From Clostridia bacterium (lineage in GTDB: Bacteria > Bacillota > Clostridia > Oscillospirales > CAG-272): 64,000 nt of DNA. Each line of letters opens with the position of its first letter. Position 1 is the stretch's first letter. The DNA lies in NCBI GenBank assembly GCA_017466375.1, contig JAFTUH010000044.1:13972-77971 (forward strand), given 5' to 3'. The position numbers and the translations under genes were made by a program. Below, one piece after another: positions 1-10,014 of this stretch. The notes under the pieces were generated by a model that worked only from the letters and a program-made list of their open reading frames with translations, was not told where the DNA came from and searched no databases.

Positions 1-1157
1 TCAAGCTCCTTACGCAGACGGCGGATGAAATCGGTGATAAACGAGCACCAGACGTCTTTCAGACGCGGATCGTCCATCGGTACACGGCGCGCGTCCAGTC
101 CGTCATAGCGGCGAGCAAACTCGTCCAGCACAGGCTGCTCAAAAGCGATATGCATCCCTCTCTGGAACAACAGCGATACACCGTCAAAGCCGTAAGAGAC
201 AAGCTCCTTCAGATACTCGATAACGTAGTCCTGCGTCTCCTTGTATGCATAGGATGCGATCGGCACGCGGCGTCCGTCACGGGTGTAGATATGGCACGCG
301 GGATGTGCGGCGGTGAATTTCATGACCTCGCCCGATTTATTCGGAGAGGAAGCGTCACCGAGAGACATACGGAGACCGGCATATGCCTTGGTACCGAATT
401 CGTGCATAAGAGCGACGCGTGCGCGGGCAATCTCCGCAAAGAGCGCGGCGGCGTCCGCGTTGCCGTCCGCGTACTCGTTCGACTGGCTGTTGAGCCGTCT
501 TGCGGCAGGAGAATTCGGCGCATGTGAATACAGCTTCTCAAGGCACTCGATCGTGACGAGCTTCGCGTCGGTATTCTCAACACTCGTCAGTTTGAGGAGC
601 GCGTCATCGACGTTCTTGACACCGTAGAACAGATTTGTATCCCCATCGAAGTGGAGATGCAGATTTCTGTGTCCTTCGGGATTGATATAATCTTTGTACT
701 CGGCAATCTCCTCTTCCGTCATCGGCACGCAGCGTACCCACACAAGCGGAGAGAGACCGCCATAAGCGGGGGCCTTCTTCACGATAATCTCACGGTCGGT
801 GAGATCTGCACACCGCCAAAAAGACTCCTCTGCATACTCCATGCGCGACCACTGTCCGGAAGAGGGATAGGAGGAATCGTTGAAAAACTTGAAATACTTC
901 TCGTTATCAAGCTTCAGGCGGAACGAGTATCCGCCGGCGATCTTCCACGAAGCAATGAAAATTTTATACCAGCCCGTAAGTTTCGGGGCGAGGATCAGAT
1001 CGGCAGGATGATCGTCCTCACGGGTCACAAGGCAGTTGCCCGTAACTTCATCGATTTCGTACGGGAGGACACCCCAGCATCCGTCCTTGATCGGCTCGCT
1101 GATTGCGTCCTGATTTTTCACGAGCTCATTGACGTTTGAAAATACAATACCTTCCAT
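1..1157 (-). CDS. Array paralogue 1 (runs off window edge); uncharacterised GHL10-like TIM-barrel protein
   Basis: Absent from the ORF track because it is open at the edge. Manual translation from ATG 1157 gives MEGIVFSNVNELVKN...NPEGHRNLHLHFDGDTN...TRDGRRVPIASYAYKETQDY...FDGVSLLFQRGMHIAFEQPVLDEFARRYDGLDARRVPMDDPRL. AGGAGG RBS upstream. Confidence 0.85.
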   Translation of the reverse strand, partial: MEGIVFSNVNELVKNQDAISEPIKDGCWGVLPYEIDEVTGNCLVTREDDHPADLILAPKLTGWYKIFIASWKIAGGYSFRLKLDNEKYFKFFNDSSYPSSGQWSRMEYAEESFWRCADLTDREIIVKKAPAYGGLSPLVWVRCVPMTEEEIAEYKDYINPEGHRNLHLHFDGDTNLFYGVKNVDDALLKLTSVENTDAKLVTIECLEKLYSHAPNSPAARRLNSQSNEYADGNADAAALFAEIARARVALMHEFGTKAYAGLRMSLGDASSPNKSGEVMKFTAAHPACHIYTRDGRRVPIASYAYKETQDYVIEYLKELVSYGFDGVSLLFQRGMHIAFEQPVLDEFARRYDGLDARRVPMDDPRLKDVWCSFITDFIRRLRKEL

Positions 1158-1171
1158 TGTTTTCCCTCCTA

Positions 1172-2896
1172 TCAGCCCATCCAGTGCGGCATATACGTGG
1201 AAATATCGCAGTCGTCCATGCTCATAATGCGGTAGTGATTCAATCGGCAATATTCAAGATTGACCTCATCGTGACCGAATTTGGTCGTCGTATGACGAAC
1301 TGCCACATCCTGCGAGGAATGGCAGAAATTGAAGAAGTTGATATTCTTCACGCCAAGCACTTTGAGGTCCTTAACCCAGTTTATGTAGTCCTCCGCCTTT
1401 GTTTTGATATTCGGGGAGAGGGGCGCGAAGTAATCGATGCCGTATTTGTCGGCGATCGCCTGATACTGGAGAGAGCCTTCTTTGGTAAGCTCCCACGACT
1501 CGCCGAATCGTCTGCAGACCATGGCCTGCTTACGGAGTGCCTTCGTATACACGTCCATTTTGATGAGTCCGTTCTCGTCAAGGCATCCGCCGAGACGTTC
1601 GTACGTCTCCATACAATCACCGCAGATGTGGTCGATCAGTCCCGCTTTTGCGAGTTCCTCGACATCGATACCGATGCGGCGCGAGATTTCGGGCGTATAG
1701 CCGGTAATGATGTTGATCGGCACATGTCTGCCGGCAAATGCATCCAACTCATCGCGCAGACGGCGGATGAACGCAGTAAGGAACGAGCACCAGACGTCCT
1801 TCAGCCGTGCATCGTCCATCGGAACGAGACGTGCATCCAGTCCGTCATATCGGCGAGCAAACTCGTCGAGAACAGGCTGCTCAAACGCGATATGCATACC
1901 TCTGTGGAAGAAGAGAGAGACACCGTCATAGCCGTAGCCGATAAATTTTTTGAGATAGTCAATGACAAAATCCCACACGGCGGGGTACGCATAGGAAAGC
2001 GTAGCCACTGCCCTGCCGTCTCTTGTATAGAGGTAGTACTCAGGATGCTCCTCGACAAACGGCACACGAAAACCTTGTTCCACCGGCACGTAATTCTTAC
2101 CGATCGACATACGGAGTCCTGCATACGCGAGCGTACCGAAATCGTGCAGCATATCGACACGTGCTTTGGAAATCTCGGGCATGAGATTGGCCGCATTCTC
2201 GTTTTCATCCGAATACTTGTTGGAGTGCGTTCTGAGACGTCTGTCCGTCGTATACTTTGTGGAATAATCGTAAAGGCTTTCCATAACCTCCTGGGTGACG
2301 ATCTTCGCATCCGTATTCTCGACGCTGGACAGCTTCATAAGCGAATCCTCAACAGAATGGATTCCCCAGATATAGTTCGCGTCGTTATCGAAGTGGAGGT
2401 GCATATTTCTGTGCCCTTCGGGATTGATATAATCCTTATAAGCGGAGATCTCCTCCTCCGTCATCGGCACACAGCGCACCCAGACGAGCGGGGCGACACC
2501 GGCTCTGTTCGGCTTTTTGACGATAATCTCACGGTCGGTGAGATCGGCACAGCGCCAAAAGAGCTCCTCGACCGTCTCCATATACGTCCACTGCCCCCAC
2601 GAGGGATAAAACGAGTCGTTCACAAAGTTGAAATACTTATCATTATCCAGCTTCATGCGGAACGAGTAGCCGCCGTCCAGCTTCCATGTACCGATAAAAA
2701 CCTTATGCCAGCCTTTAAGCTTCGGTGCGAGGACCAGATCCTCGGGATACTCTTCCTCGGCTGCTGCAAGGCAGTTGCCGCTTACATCCTCCGCCACGTA
2801 CGGCATGACGTACCAGTGATCGGGGGCATATTCCTTCGTAAGAACGTCAGGATTCTTTACGATTTCGTCCAGCTTGGAAAATACGATTCCATCCAT
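1172..2896 (-). CDS. Array paralogue 2; uncharacterised GHL10-like protein
   Basis: Start MDGIVFSKL chosen from the AAGGAG RBS and N-terminal alignment to the other paralogues. Shares HLHFDND, HPEY..TRDGR, SYAYPAV, DGVSLFFHRG, FEQPVLDE and the C-terminal DISTYMPHW. Confidence 0.85.
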   Translation of the reverse strand: MDGIVFSKLDEIVKNPDVLTKEYAPDHWYVMPYVAEDVSGNCLAAAEEEYPEDLVLAPKLKGWHKVFIGTWKLDGGYSFRMKLDNDKYFNFVNDSFYPSWGQWTYMETVEELFWRCADLTDREIIVKKPNRAGVAPLVWVRCVPMTEEEISAYKDYINPEGHRNMHLHFDNDANYIWGIHSVEDSLMKLSSVENTDAKIVTQEVMESLYDYSTKYTTDRRLRTHSNKYSDENENAANLMPEISKARVDMLHDFGTLAYAGLRMSIGKNYVPVEQGFRVPFVEEHPEYYLYTRDGRAVATLSYAYPAVWDFVIDYLKKFIGYGYDGVSLFFHRGMHIAFEQPVLDEFARRYDGLDARLVPMDDARLKDVWCSFLTAFIRRLRDELDAFAGRHVPINIITGYTPEISRRIGIDVEELAKAGLIDHICGDCMETYERLGGCLDENGLIKMDVYTKALRKQAMVCRRFGESWELTKEGSLQYQAIADKYGIDYFAPLSPNIKTKAEDYINWVKDLKVLGVKNINFFNFCHSSQDVAVRHTTTKFGHDEVNLEYCRLNHYRIMSMDDCDISTYMPHWMG

Positions 2897-2943
2897 GAAT
2901 ATTACTCCTTTTTTGCGTTCACAGCACACATCGGCTTGAGATA

Positions 2944-2972
2944 AGTATAGCAAAAAGAACCTATCTCTTCAA
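2944..2972 (-). promoter_or_regulatory. Putative sigma-A promoter internal to the array
   Basis: TTGAAG-N17-TATACT on the minus strand, in the only long (123 bp) gap of the array. Confidence 0.55.
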
Positions 2973-3019
2973 TATTACGAGAGGACATTTTGGGGAAAGC
3001 AGTGTCCGCTTCTCAAAAA

Positions 3020-4738
3020 TCATCCGCGCCATGCAGGCTGATACGTGGACATATCCACACCGTCCATAGACAGCACGCGGTAATGGCGGACCGTGCAGTA
3101 CTCCATATTCACCGTATCGTGTCCCGTTTTGGTGATCGCATGGTATTTTGCTCTGTCCTGCACGTTGTGGCAGAAGTTAACGAAGGAGAAATTCTTCACA
3201 CCGATAGCCTTCAGATTATTCACCCAATCGACATACTTCTGCGTTGTGCTGACACCCCACGGGGGCATACCGCCGTAGAATTCCACGCCGTATTTCTCAG
3301 TCATGGCGATGTACTCCTCGGCACCCGCTTTTGTGAGGTCCCAGTTCTCATGGAATCTGCGCTTGACGGTGTAGTCAGTCCGCAGATATTCCTTATACTT
3401 TTCAAGATCGATCAGACCGTCCTCGGCAGTACAGCCCGTGAATACCTCCATGGTCTCCATGCTGTCCTGACAAATGCTGTCGATCAGCCCCTCCTTCGCA
3501 AGAACAGCAATATCGACACCGATACGGCGGGAGGCTTCGTTGTTGTAAGCGGTAACAATGTTGATCGGCACGTGTCTGCCCGCGGATTCGTTCAGCTCTC
3601 TCCGAAGCGTACGGAAGAAATCCGTCATAAAGGAGCACCACACGTCCTTGAGGCGAGGATCGTCCATAGGAACGCGGCGGGCGTCGAGACCGTCGTATCT
3701 CTTGGCAAATTCGTCAAGCACGGGCTGCTCGAACGCGATATGCATACCGCGGTGCATGATGAGCGTCACACCGTCAAATCCGATGCTCACAAGATACTTG
3801 AGATAGTCCACGACGAACTGTCTCGTCTCCGGGAAAGCATAGGAAGCGACCAGCGTTTTTCTGCCGTCTCTCGTAGTCAGGTGGAATTCGGGATGCTCCA
3901 GAACGAAGGGGATCACCGCACCGCCGTCAGAGTTTACAGCAATCGAGGCGCGCAGCCCTCCGTACATCTGAATACCGAAGCTATGAAGCAGCTCTGCACG
4001 CACTTTTGCGATTTCAGCCATGCGCTCAGCCACATTCGCGTTTTCCAGCGCATAGCGCTTGGACTGACGGGTGATCAGTCTGGCAATACTGCGGTCCGTG
4101 GTATAGGTCTCCATTGCCTCGCCCGCCTCTATGGTGCAGATCTTCACATCGGTATTCTGCAGAGCATACAGCTTATGGATCGCGTCCTCGTTGGTTTTGG
4201 TGCCGTACCACAGATTCGTGTCACTGTCGAAATGCGCGTGGAGATTTCTCGCGGGCTTGTCGTACTCTTTCTGCGCGGCAACCTCCTCGTCCGTCATGGG
4301 TACACAGCGGAGCCAAACCAACGTTTCGGGAAGCTCCAGCGTATATCCGCGGGGCTTTCTGAAGATGATATCGCGACCGGTCAGATCGGCACATTTCCAG
4401 AACTGCTCCTCCACGTGCTCGAGTCCTGACCAATGAGACTTGCCGGGAAGGCCTGTGTAGTTGTGAAACTGGAAATGAGGCTCGTTGTCAAGTTTGACAA
4501 GATATTCGTACCCGCCGCCCATTTTCCAGCCGCAGATGAAGATCTTATGCCAGCCCGTAAGCTTCGGCGAAATCACCAGATCCTCGGGAAAGCCCTCCTG
4601 CACGGTAACGAGCGCCTCACCCTGTATGCCTTCCACGTCGTAAGGCATGATACCCCATTTGTCGTCAGCCTGCGGGTGCGCAAGTACTTCTTTGTTTTTT
4701 ACATATTCGGGAAGATGAGAGAGAATGAGTCCTTCCAT
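3020..4738 (-). CDS. Array paralogue 3
   Basis: 572 aa with the same motifs (HAHFDSD, DGVTLIMHRG, QDSME, NFCH, DMSTYQPAW); RBS present. Confidence 0.85.
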   Translation of the reverse strand: MEGLILSHLPEYVKNKEVLAHPQADDKWGIMPYDVEGIQGEALVTVQEGFPEDLVISPKLTGWHKIFICGWKMGGGYEYLVKLDNEPHFQFHNYTGLPGKSHWSGLEHVEEQFWKCADLTGRDIIFRKPRGYTLELPETLVWLRCVPMTDEEVAAQKEYDKPARNLHAHFDSDTNLWYGTKTNEDAIHKLYALQNTDVKICTIEAGEAMETYTTDRSIARLITRQSKRYALENANVAERMAEIAKVRAELLHSFGIQMYGGLRASIAVNSDGGAVIPFVLEHPEFHLTTRDGRKTLVASYAFPETRQFVVDYLKYLVSIGFDGVTLIMHRGMHIAFEQPVLDEFAKRYDGLDARRVPMDDPRLKDVWCSFMTDFFRTLRRELNESAGRHVPINIVTAYNNEASRRIGVDIAVLAKEGLIDSICQDSMETMEVFTGCTAEDGLIDLEKYKEYLRTDYTVKRRFHENWDLTKAGAEEYIAMTEKYGVEFYGGMPPWGVSTTQKYVDWVNNLKAIGVKNFSFVNFCHNVQDRAKYHAITKTGHDTVNMEYCTVRHYRVLSMDGVDMSTYQPAWRG

Positions 4739-4756
4739 ATGTCTTTCCTTTCTGTT

Positions 4757-6475
4757 TTAACCGCGCCAATGCGGGAGATAGGTGGAGACATCCACGCCGT
4801 CAAGGCTGATCATACGGTACTGATTCGGCGTGCAGTATTCGAGATTGACTTCATGTCCGAGTTTTGTCATCGTATACCACAGCGGCAGATCCTGACAGTA
4901 GTGACAGTAGTTGAAGAAATTGAAGTTCTTAACACCAAGCGCACGCATTTTCTTTACCCAGTCGAGGTGCTTGACCGGGTTACCGCCGTAGTAGGCTCTC
5001 TGTCCGAAGAATTCGACACCGTATTTCTCGCAAATTTCGACAAACAGCGGGGCACCCTCCTCCGTTTTATTCCATATCTCGCCGAAGTTGCGCCATACGG
5101 TATTCTCACGGAGAAGTTTCTCTTTGTACTTCTCCATATCGATCAGACCGTCCTCGGTAAGGCATCCGTCGAGCGTCTCATACGTCTCCATGGAGTCCTG
5201 ACAAATGTGATCGACCAGTCCTTCACGGCAGAGTGCCTCCACATCGACGCCGATACGGCGCGAAATCTCGGGCGTATAGCCGGTAATGACGTTGATCGGC
5301 ACATGGCGTCCGGCGTACTCGTTCAGTTCCTTTCTGAGGCGGCGGAAGAACGCAGTCATAAAATCGCACCACACGTCCTTCAGACGCTTGTCATCCATTG
5401 GAACGAGTCGTGCATCAAGACCGTCATGGCGTTTTGCGAATTCATCCAGCACGGGCTGCTCAAAGGCAATAAACATACCGCGGTGCATAAGCATGGACAC
5501 ACCGTCAAATCCGAGATCGACCGACTTTTTGATGAAATCGATTGCGTAGGACTGCACGCCCTCGTACGCATAGGACACAATATCGAGATCACGCCCGTCG
5601 CGCGTCTGCATATGCCACTCAGGATGCTCCTGTACGATTTTCATGTACGAACCGGAGCCGAGGATGCGTCTCTCGGAATCGCCGAAGGAGGGGCGGACAC
5701 CGACGTATGCCTTCGCGCCGATCTCGTGGATATAATCGATGCGGAGCTTGGCGACGTCTGCGATCTTAGCGGCGACCTTTTCGTTTTCGTCGCAGTATTT
5801 GTTCGTGTATTTTCTGAGGCGGCGGAACTGGTCCTTCGGGATATCGTAATCAACGAGAGTCTCGATCTGCTCGTAGGTGACAATCTTCGCGTCCGTATTC
5901 TTGAGCATCTGTGCACGGACAAGCAGCACCTCCTCCGTTTCGCTTCCGAGCCACAGATTCGTGTCTCCGTCGAAGTGGAAATGCATGTTTCTGTGTCCTT
6001 CGGGGTTCATGTACTCTTTGTACTCGGCGATTTCTTCCTCCGTCATCGGCACAAAGCGGAGCCAGAAGAACGGCGTGATGATCTCACCCGATTTGCGGAT
6101 GATGATCTCACTGTCCGTCATATCGGCGGCGCGATAGAAGAACTCCTGCACTCTTTCCATGCCCGTCCAGTTCTGTGTCGGTCTGTAAGAGGTATTACGG
6201 GTAGGCATGAAGAAGCGTTCGCCGTCCATTTTGATATCAAAACTGTAACCGTCAAACAGGTGCGAGGTGGCGATGTAGATTTTGTGCCAGCCTTTCAGCG
6301 GCGGCGCGATATGCAAATCTTCGGGATATGCCAGTTCGGCGGCGATCAGGCATTCGCCCGTGACCTCGCCTGCCTGGAACGGCATAAGCCCCCATTTGTC
6401 GGTGTTGACGTCCGTGCTGATCGCCTCTTTGTTCTTGACGATCTCCTTAAGATTTGAATAAACAATACCTTCCAT
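4757..6475 (-). CDS. Array paralogue 4
   Basis: Start MEGIVYSNL after AGGAGAG. Motifs HFHFDGD, DGVSMLMHRG, QDSME, NYCH. Confidence 0.85.
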   Translation of the reverse strand: MEGIVYSNLKEIVKNKEAISTDVNTDKWGLMPFQAGEVTGECLIAAELAYPEDLHIAPPLKGWHKIYIATSHLFDGYSFDIKMDGERFFMPTRNTSYRPTQNWTGMERVQEFFYRAADMTDSEIIIRKSGEIITPFFWLRFVPMTEEEIAEYKEYMNPEGHRNMHFHFDGDTNLWLGSETEEVLLVRAQMLKNTDAKIVTYEQIETLVDYDIPKDQFRRLRKYTNKYCDENEKVAAKIADVAKLRIDYIHEIGAKAYVGVRPSFGDSERRILGSGSYMKIVQEHPEWHMQTRDGRDLDIVSYAYEGVQSYAIDFIKKSVDLGFDGVSMLMHRGMFIAFEQPVLDEFAKRHDGLDARLVPMDDKRLKDVWCDFMTAFFRRLRKELNEYAGRHVPINVITGYTPEISRRIGVDVEALCREGLVDHICQDSMETYETLDGCLTEDGLIDMEKYKEKLLRENTVWRNFGEIWNKTEEGAPLFVEICEKYGVEFFGQRAYYGGNPVKHLDWVKKMRALGVKNFNFFNYCHYCQDLPLWYTMTKLGHEVNLEYCTPNQYRMISLDGVDVSTYLPHWRG

Positions 6476-6507
6476 GGTTATTTCTCTCCTTTGAATGAAA
6501 TAATGAT

Positions 6508-8229
6508 TTACTCGCTCCACTGCGGCAGGTAGGTGGAAATATCCACGCCATCCAGCTTCAGCACGCGGTAGAAATTCATAGTGTACGTTTCGGGCTCGAT
6601 CTTCTCGCGGCCTGCCTTACCTACGATCGCGCAAACGCCACGTAGTCCGACAAAGTGGCAGTGATTATAGAACGAAAAATTCTTCACGCCGAGGGCTTTC
6701 AAGTTTTCGTTCCAGTTGTAATACCGCATGGGATCGTCATACCAGTGCGTTGTCATGCCCGCGAAGAATTCCACGCCGTATTTTTCAGACACGGCAAGAT
6801 AGCGGATCGCCGCTTCCTTCGCGCGCTCCCAGCTGTCGGCAAGCGGACGGTGCACGGTGTAGTTGTTCAGAAGATTGTACTTATACTTCTCCATATCGAT
6901 CAGCCCGTCCTCACGCAGGTGATACTTGGACGGCTCGGTATGTTCGAGGCTGTCCTGGCTGATATGATCGATTGCCCCTGCTTTGGCGAGCGCTTCGCAG
7001 TCGATACCGACTACCTCCGCATTATAGCCGACAATCATGTTGATCGGCACGTGTCTGCCGAGGGCTTTATCAAGATTCTCATGGAGACGGATGATAAAAT
7101 CGGTCATGATCGCGCAGTGTACCTCGGTCAGTCGGGGATCGCCAAGCGGGAGCAGACGTGCGTCCAGTCCGTCAAAACGGCGGGCGCACTCGTCCAGCAC
7201 AGGCTGTTCAAATCCGATCATCTGTCCGCGGTGGCAGATAAGGCTGACGCCGTCAAAGCCGTGCACCTTAACATTATTCACAAGCAGTTCAATGACGTAA
7301 TCCTGCACCTCTTTGTAGGCATAGGAGCAGATACGAACCTGCCGTCCGTCGCGCGTGAGCATATGGAACTCGGGATGCGCTTCGCAGAAATACTCCTGCA
7401 TCAGCGGCTGAGAAGAACCCGAAAAAGACGCGAGACTCATGCGGAATCCGGCGTAATATTTTGCACCGTATGAATGAATCAACTCACGGCGGGCTGCATG
7501 GATGGCGCCCTGCTTGAGCGCGGCTTTGCGGTTTTCATCGTTATACACGATTGCCGTCCAACCGAGTGCCTTTGTGTGATCGGTAATGGCACGGCCGTCG
7601 TAATTGTCCGCCATGATCTCCTGTGTGCAGATCTTGACATCGTCGTTCTTGATCTGCACAAGTTTGAGCATTGCATGCTCGACTTCGTCCGATCCGTCCC
7701 ACAGATTGCAGTCGTTATCGTAGTGAACGTGCAGGTTTCTGTGCCCTTCGGGATTCATATACGCCTGATACGCCGCAACTTCCTCCTCCGTCATCGGAAC
7801 GAAGCGAAGCCACGCGATACTGGCATAATAATCCTGCTTATGGTGCTTATGGAACACAATGTCTCTGCCGGTCAGATCGGCACAGCACCACAGCTGCTCC
7901 TCCACCCATTCAAATGAATTTTCACGGGGCGGACGGGGGAAGAAGCCCTCACGGATCATCGTGGGCATTTTTTCATCGGAAAAGCGCATGTACGCCGTCA
8001 TCGAGCCGTCATTGGTGATGCGTGCATGGTAGATTTTATACCATCCGGTGAGCTCCGGCGAAAGCACGATCGGCTCGGGGTGCGAGGTTTCCAGCGCCGT
8101 GAGCATTTTACCGCGGATAGTGTCTGTCTCGTAATCGACGGTAAACCACGTATCGGAGTTACCGTGCGCACCGAGCACATCTTTGTTTTTGATGATCTGA
8201 TTCAGATCGGAAATAATGATTCCCTCCAT
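6508..8229 (-). CDS. Array paralogue 5
   Basis: 573 aa; HVHYDND, DGVSLICHRG, QDSLE, NHCH. Confidence 0.85.
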   Translation of the reverse strand: MEGIIISDLNQIIKNKDVLGAHGNSDTWFTVDYETDTIRGKMLTALETSHPEPIVLSPELTGWYKIYHARITNDGSMTAYMRFSDEKMPTMIREGFFPRPPRENSFEWVEEQLWCCADLTGRDIVFHKHHKQDYYASIAWLRFVPMTEEEVAAYQAYMNPEGHRNLHVHYDNDCNLWDGSDEVEHAMLKLVQIKNDDVKICTQEIMADNYDGRAITDHTKALGWTAIVYNDENRKAALKQGAIHAARRELIHSYGAKYYAGFRMSLASFSGSSQPLMQEYFCEAHPEFHMLTRDGRQVRICSYAYKEVQDYVIELLVNNVKVHGFDGVSLICHRGQMIGFEQPVLDECARRFDGLDARLLPLGDPRLTEVHCAIMTDFIIRLHENLDKALGRHVPINMIVGYNAEVVGIDCEALAKAGAIDHISQDSLEHTEPSKYHLREDGLIDMEKYKYNLLNNYTVHRPLADSWERAKEAAIRYLAVSEKYGVEFFAGMTTHWYDDPMRYYNWNENLKALGVKNFSFYNHCHFVGLRGVCAIVGKAGREKIEPETYTMNFYRVLKLDGVDISTYLPQWSE

Positions 8230-8265
8230 ACAGGAATCCTCCTTTTTGTGCGGAAATCCGCAAAA

Positions 8266-9972
8266 TTACAGCGGCAAATAGGTAGAAATATCCACTCCGT
8301 CGTACTTCAGCACGCGGTAAAAATTCACGGTATACGTTTCGGGATCGATAGAGTCGCGTCCGAGTTTTCCGAGCACACGGCAGGCGGTCAGATTGCCGAC
8401 AGCATGACAGTGATTGTAGCAGGAGAAATTCTTGACGCCAAGTGCTTTAAGCTCCTCTCCCTGCTCTATCAGTTTAGAGAGAGACCGGATACCGTAGAGA
8501 GACAGACCGCAGTAGAAATCGACACCGTATGTATCCGATGCGGAAAGATACCGCACCAGCTCTTCCTTTGTTCTGTCGAAATTATAGGCAAGTGCTCGGT
8601 AAACCGTATAGTAACGCTCCAGCTTCGCCTTGTATTTCTCGAGATCGATCAGCCCGTCTTCAGCGCGGTAGTCATCGATTACCTCATACTGTGCAAGTGC
8701 GTCCATCGTTATCGCATCGATCGCACCGGCTTTGGCAAGCGCAACGCAGTCGATACCCATATTCTCGGCATTATATCCGATAATCATATTGATCGGGATA
8801 TGCTTTCCGAGTGCCTTATCCATTTCCTTGTGCAGTCGGATAATAAAATCGCCCATGATGGCGCAGTGCACCTCGGTCAGGCGGGGATCATCCATCGGCA
8901 GGCGGCGTGCATCCAGTCCATCAAAGCGGCGGGCGCACTCGTCCAGCACCGGCTGTTCAAAACCAATCAGATTACCGCGGTGGCAGATGAGGCTGATACC
9001 GTCAAAGCCGTGGATTTTCACGTTATTGATGAGCAGATCGATGACGTAATCCTGCACCTCTTTGTAGGCATAGGAGCAGATACGCACAGAGCGTCCGTCG
9101 CGCGTGAGCATATGGTATTCGGGATGCAATTCGCAGAAATACTCCTGCATCAGCGGCTGGGACGCGCCCGAGAACGAAGCCAGACTCATGCGGAATCCTG
9201 CGTAATAATCCGCTCCGAACGAATGGATCATTTCCCGGCGCGCGGCATGGATTTCTCCCTGCTTGAGCGCGGCTTTGCGATTTTCCTCATCGTATACGAT
9301 CGCCGTCCAGCCGAGTGCCTTCGTGTGATCGTTGAACGCACGTCCGTCGTAATTGTCCGCCATGATCTCCTGCGTAACAATCTTCGTGTCGTCAAAGCGG
9401 GTCTGCGCCAGCTTGAGCATGGCGTGCTCGACCTTTTCCGATCCGTCCCACAGATTGCTGTCGTTATCGTAATGCACGTGCAGATTTCTGTGCCCGTCGG
9501 CATTCTCGAACGCCTTGTACGCTTCCACCTCTTCGTCCGTCATCGGAACAAAGCGGAGCCAGGCAAGTGCGCAGGAATAATTCTGCTTATGATGCTTGGA
9601 GAGGACAATATCCCGTCCGGTCAGATCGGCGGCGCGCCAAAAGAACTCCTCCGCCCACTCATAGGCCTGCGAGCTCTGCGGACGGTTGTCCGCCGTACCG
9701 CTGTGAATCATGGTATACGTACGCTCATCGCTGAGGCGGAGGTACGTAAAACCGCCCGAAATACGCGAAATGAAAATCTTATACCATCCGGTAAGCTTCG
9801 GAGAAAATTCGATCGGCTGCGGACGTGCGGTACTGTCGGTTGTCAAGAGCTTGCCGCGGATGTCACCCGTTTCGTAATCCACGGCAAACCACGTATCCGG
9901 ATTGGCGTACGCGCCGAGCACTTCGGCGTTTTTGACAATTTTGCTGAGATCGGAAATAATGATTTCATTCAT
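8266..9972 (-). CDS. Array paralogue 6
   Basis: 568 aa; HVHYDND, DGISLICHRG, NHCH. Central region nearly identical to paralogue 5. Confidence 0.85.
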   Translation of the reverse strand: MNEIIISDLSKIVKNAEVLGAYANPDTWFAVDYETGDIRGKLLTTDSTARPQPIEFSPKLTGWYKIFISRISGGFTYLRLSDERTYTMIHSGTADNRPQSSQAYEWAEEFFWRAADLTGRDIVLSKHHKQNYSCALAWLRFVPMTDEEVEAYKAFENADGHRNLHVHYDNDSNLWDGSEKVEHAMLKLAQTRFDDTKIVTQEIMADNYDGRAFNDHTKALGWTAIVYDEENRKAALKQGEIHAARREMIHSFGADYYAGFRMSLASFSGASQPLMQEYFCELHPEYHMLTRDGRSVRICSYAYKEVQDYVIDLLINNVKIHGFDGISLICHRGNLIGFEQPVLDECARRFDGLDARRLPMDDPRLTEVHCAIMGDFIIRLHKEMDKALGKHIPINMIIGYNAENMGIDCVALAKAGAIDAITMDALAQYEVIDDYRAEDGLIDLEKYKAKLERYYTVYRALAYNFDRTKEELVRYLSASDTYGVDFYCGLSLYGIRSLSKLIEQGEELKALGVKNFSCYNHCHAVGNLTACRVLGKLGRDSIDPETYTVNFYRVLKYDGVDISTYLPL

Positions 9973-10014
9973 AGAGAGAGAACTCCTTTTTGAGAGAGAG
10001 AATAAAGTTTCGGA

